A stretch of 64,000 nucleotides of DNA from Candidatus Poribacteria bacterium (GTDB lineage: Bacteria > Poribacteria > WGA-4E > WGA-3G), in NCBI GenBank assembly GCA_026706025.1, contig JAPOZO010000087.1, forward strand, positions 15,522 through 79,521, given 5' to 3'. Position 1 is the stretch's first letter, and each line of letters starts with the position of its first letter. Under the pieces are notes generated by a model. The model did not search any database and had not been told where the DNA came from. It saw only the letters and a program-made list of their open reading frames with translations. Shown one piece after another: positions 62,984-64,000 of the stretch. The translations under genes and the position numbers were made by a program.

Positions 62984-63712
62984 TTAAAGACGTGAAAAAG
63001 CAACAGCCACCACATCCATCGTCATCGCGACGAGCCAATGGATTGCTGCGCCATAGATAAATGAACGCGTTTCAAACGCTAACACACCCAGCAATACACC
63101 CGCGATAATTGAACCGAGTGCCTCTGGCAACGGCTTGGAATAGTGCATCACCGCAAACGGAATCGTCTGAATCAAGATGCTATAGTTTCCGAATTTCCGT
63201 TCCAATCCGAAAAGCATAAACCCACGGAAGAAGAATTCCCACGAAAACATATAAACACCGTACGCGAGTTGGTACAGTAAGAACGTCTGCCAACTATTCG
63301 CGACAACCTTGCAAAGCGGATACTTTGCGACGAAAGGTGGATATACGATGACTGCAAGGATAACCACGGGGATCATCAAAATCCATGCTGCTCCTGTCAC
63401 ACTCCATCCGAGTTTCTGATTTCCGAGCTGGATCCCATAGGCACTCAGTTTTTCCCGTGTTCCGAATTTCGCAACAAGAATTGGGATGAGTAGCAATGTG
63501 AATGCTGTCATCAAAAACCAGTAATAATACGGGTAACTTTCTGCGAGAGGTCCGCTTCCGAAGTATTCTGCGAAGTGGCGGTTGAAAAAACTCCGTCGGG
63601 TGTAGAACCTATGCAGCGTTAACAGCAGCGCAGAGGCGAGCAAGATAACAGTCGCTTGTCGCTCCCAACCACGTAGATACTTTTCTTTTACAGTTTGGAT
63701 ATGGGAAATCAT
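62984..63712 (-). CDS. CPBP-family intramembrane glutamic endopeptidase (CAAX protease / Abi family)
   Basis: It has the SWEFFFRGF motif and the FAVMHY motif, and it is polytopic. The ATG at 63712 is preferred. The track ORF extends to 63766. Confidence 0.8.
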   Translation of the reverse strand: MISHIQTVKEKYLRGWERQATVILLASALLLTLHRFYTRRSFFNRHFAEYFGSGPLAESYPYYYWFLMTAFTLLLIPILVAKFGTREKLSAYGIQLGNQKLGWSVTGAAWILMIPVVILAVIVYPPFVAKYPLCKVVANSWQTFLLYQLAYGVYMFSWEFFFRGFMLFGLERKFGNYSILIQTIPFAVMHYSKPLPEALGSIIAGVLLGVLAFETRSFIYGAAIHWLVAMTMDVVAVAFSRL

Positions 63713-63837
63713 CTTGAATTCCTGCCGGTTTTGCGGTATTATACCGTGACCTGCCAAAAATAGCAATAGACAGGTTTTGAGGATATCGCGGCTACAAGGT
63801 TAAAATGCAGTTCCGTTAACTAAGTGTAAAGGATAGG

Positions 63838-64000
63838 ATGTTTACATTTGAGCAGATTGACCGCATCTTAATTATCAGACTTGCGCCACTCGGCGAAACA
63901 GTCTTAACAACACCCGTCATCCGTGCTTTACGTCAGCACTTTCGCGATGCGTATATCGCCTACATGGTGGCACCGACGCGAGAGGATTTGGTGTCCGCGA
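63838..64000 (+). CDS. Glycosyltransferase family 9 (heptosyltransferase-like), 5' fragment running off the right edge
   Basis: MFTFEQIDRILIIRLAPLGETVLTTPVIRALRQHF is the typical GT9 N-terminus. Confidence 0.6.
   Translation, partial: MFTFEQIDRILIIRLAPLGETVLTTPVIRALRQHFRDAYIAYMVAPTREDLVSA

Overview
This is a 64-kb chromosomal segment from a diderm bacterium, judged by the TolC-family protein, TonB-dependent receptor, PBP4 and heptosyltransferase it encodes. The lineage is not identifiable from sequence alone. The gene content (many exported TPR, LamG/ConA-like, sulfatase and PhyH-type proteins, plus sigma-54 regulation) resembles uncultured heterotrophs such as PVC- or Poribacteria-like organisms, but that is a guess. 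I support about 52 protein-coding genes at high density. I recognised no rRNA, tRNA, CRISPR array, transposase or integrase. Housekeeping genes (Fe/Mn SOD, cimA, mazG, nfi, bioA, truD, glpK, acs, nfuA, an RpoD-family sigma factor) are interleaved with accessory-looking exported proteins. Most transcription units carry near-consensus sigma-70 promoters (TTGACA-17/18-TATAAT, often with a TGn extended -10). Where an SD/ATG or paralogue alignment argued for a shorter start than the ORF track, I adjusted the start and say so in the evidence. The main observations are: (1) three unrelated signal-peptide proteins end in the same short C-terminal motif (VE..KLxxxWGx[IL]KQ), and two of their promoters carry an identical 15-nt box exactly 19 nt upstream of the -35; (2) a HigB toxin is paired with a 455-aa partner whose HigA-like N-terminal region is followed by a TPR array where I expected an HTH; (3) a translationally coupled nuclease-fold/DUF4268-like gene and patatin lipase gene form a pair; (4) a TolC, very long HlyD adaptor and MacB-type ATPase operon has no permease gene, and an S55-like peptidase paralogue sits in the permease position, with a second paralogue beside a 7-bladed propeller protein; (5) a ferredoxin, TM-helix and alpha-crystallin-like fusion protein; (6) an ORF-free region of about 1 kb contains a strong promoter followed by four hairpins, a near-perfect sigma-54 promoter and a 50-aa glycine-zipper peptide gene; (7) several MITE-like inverted-repeat elements and a tandem 29/30-nt repeat. 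All homology calls come from motif recognition by eye. No searches were run.
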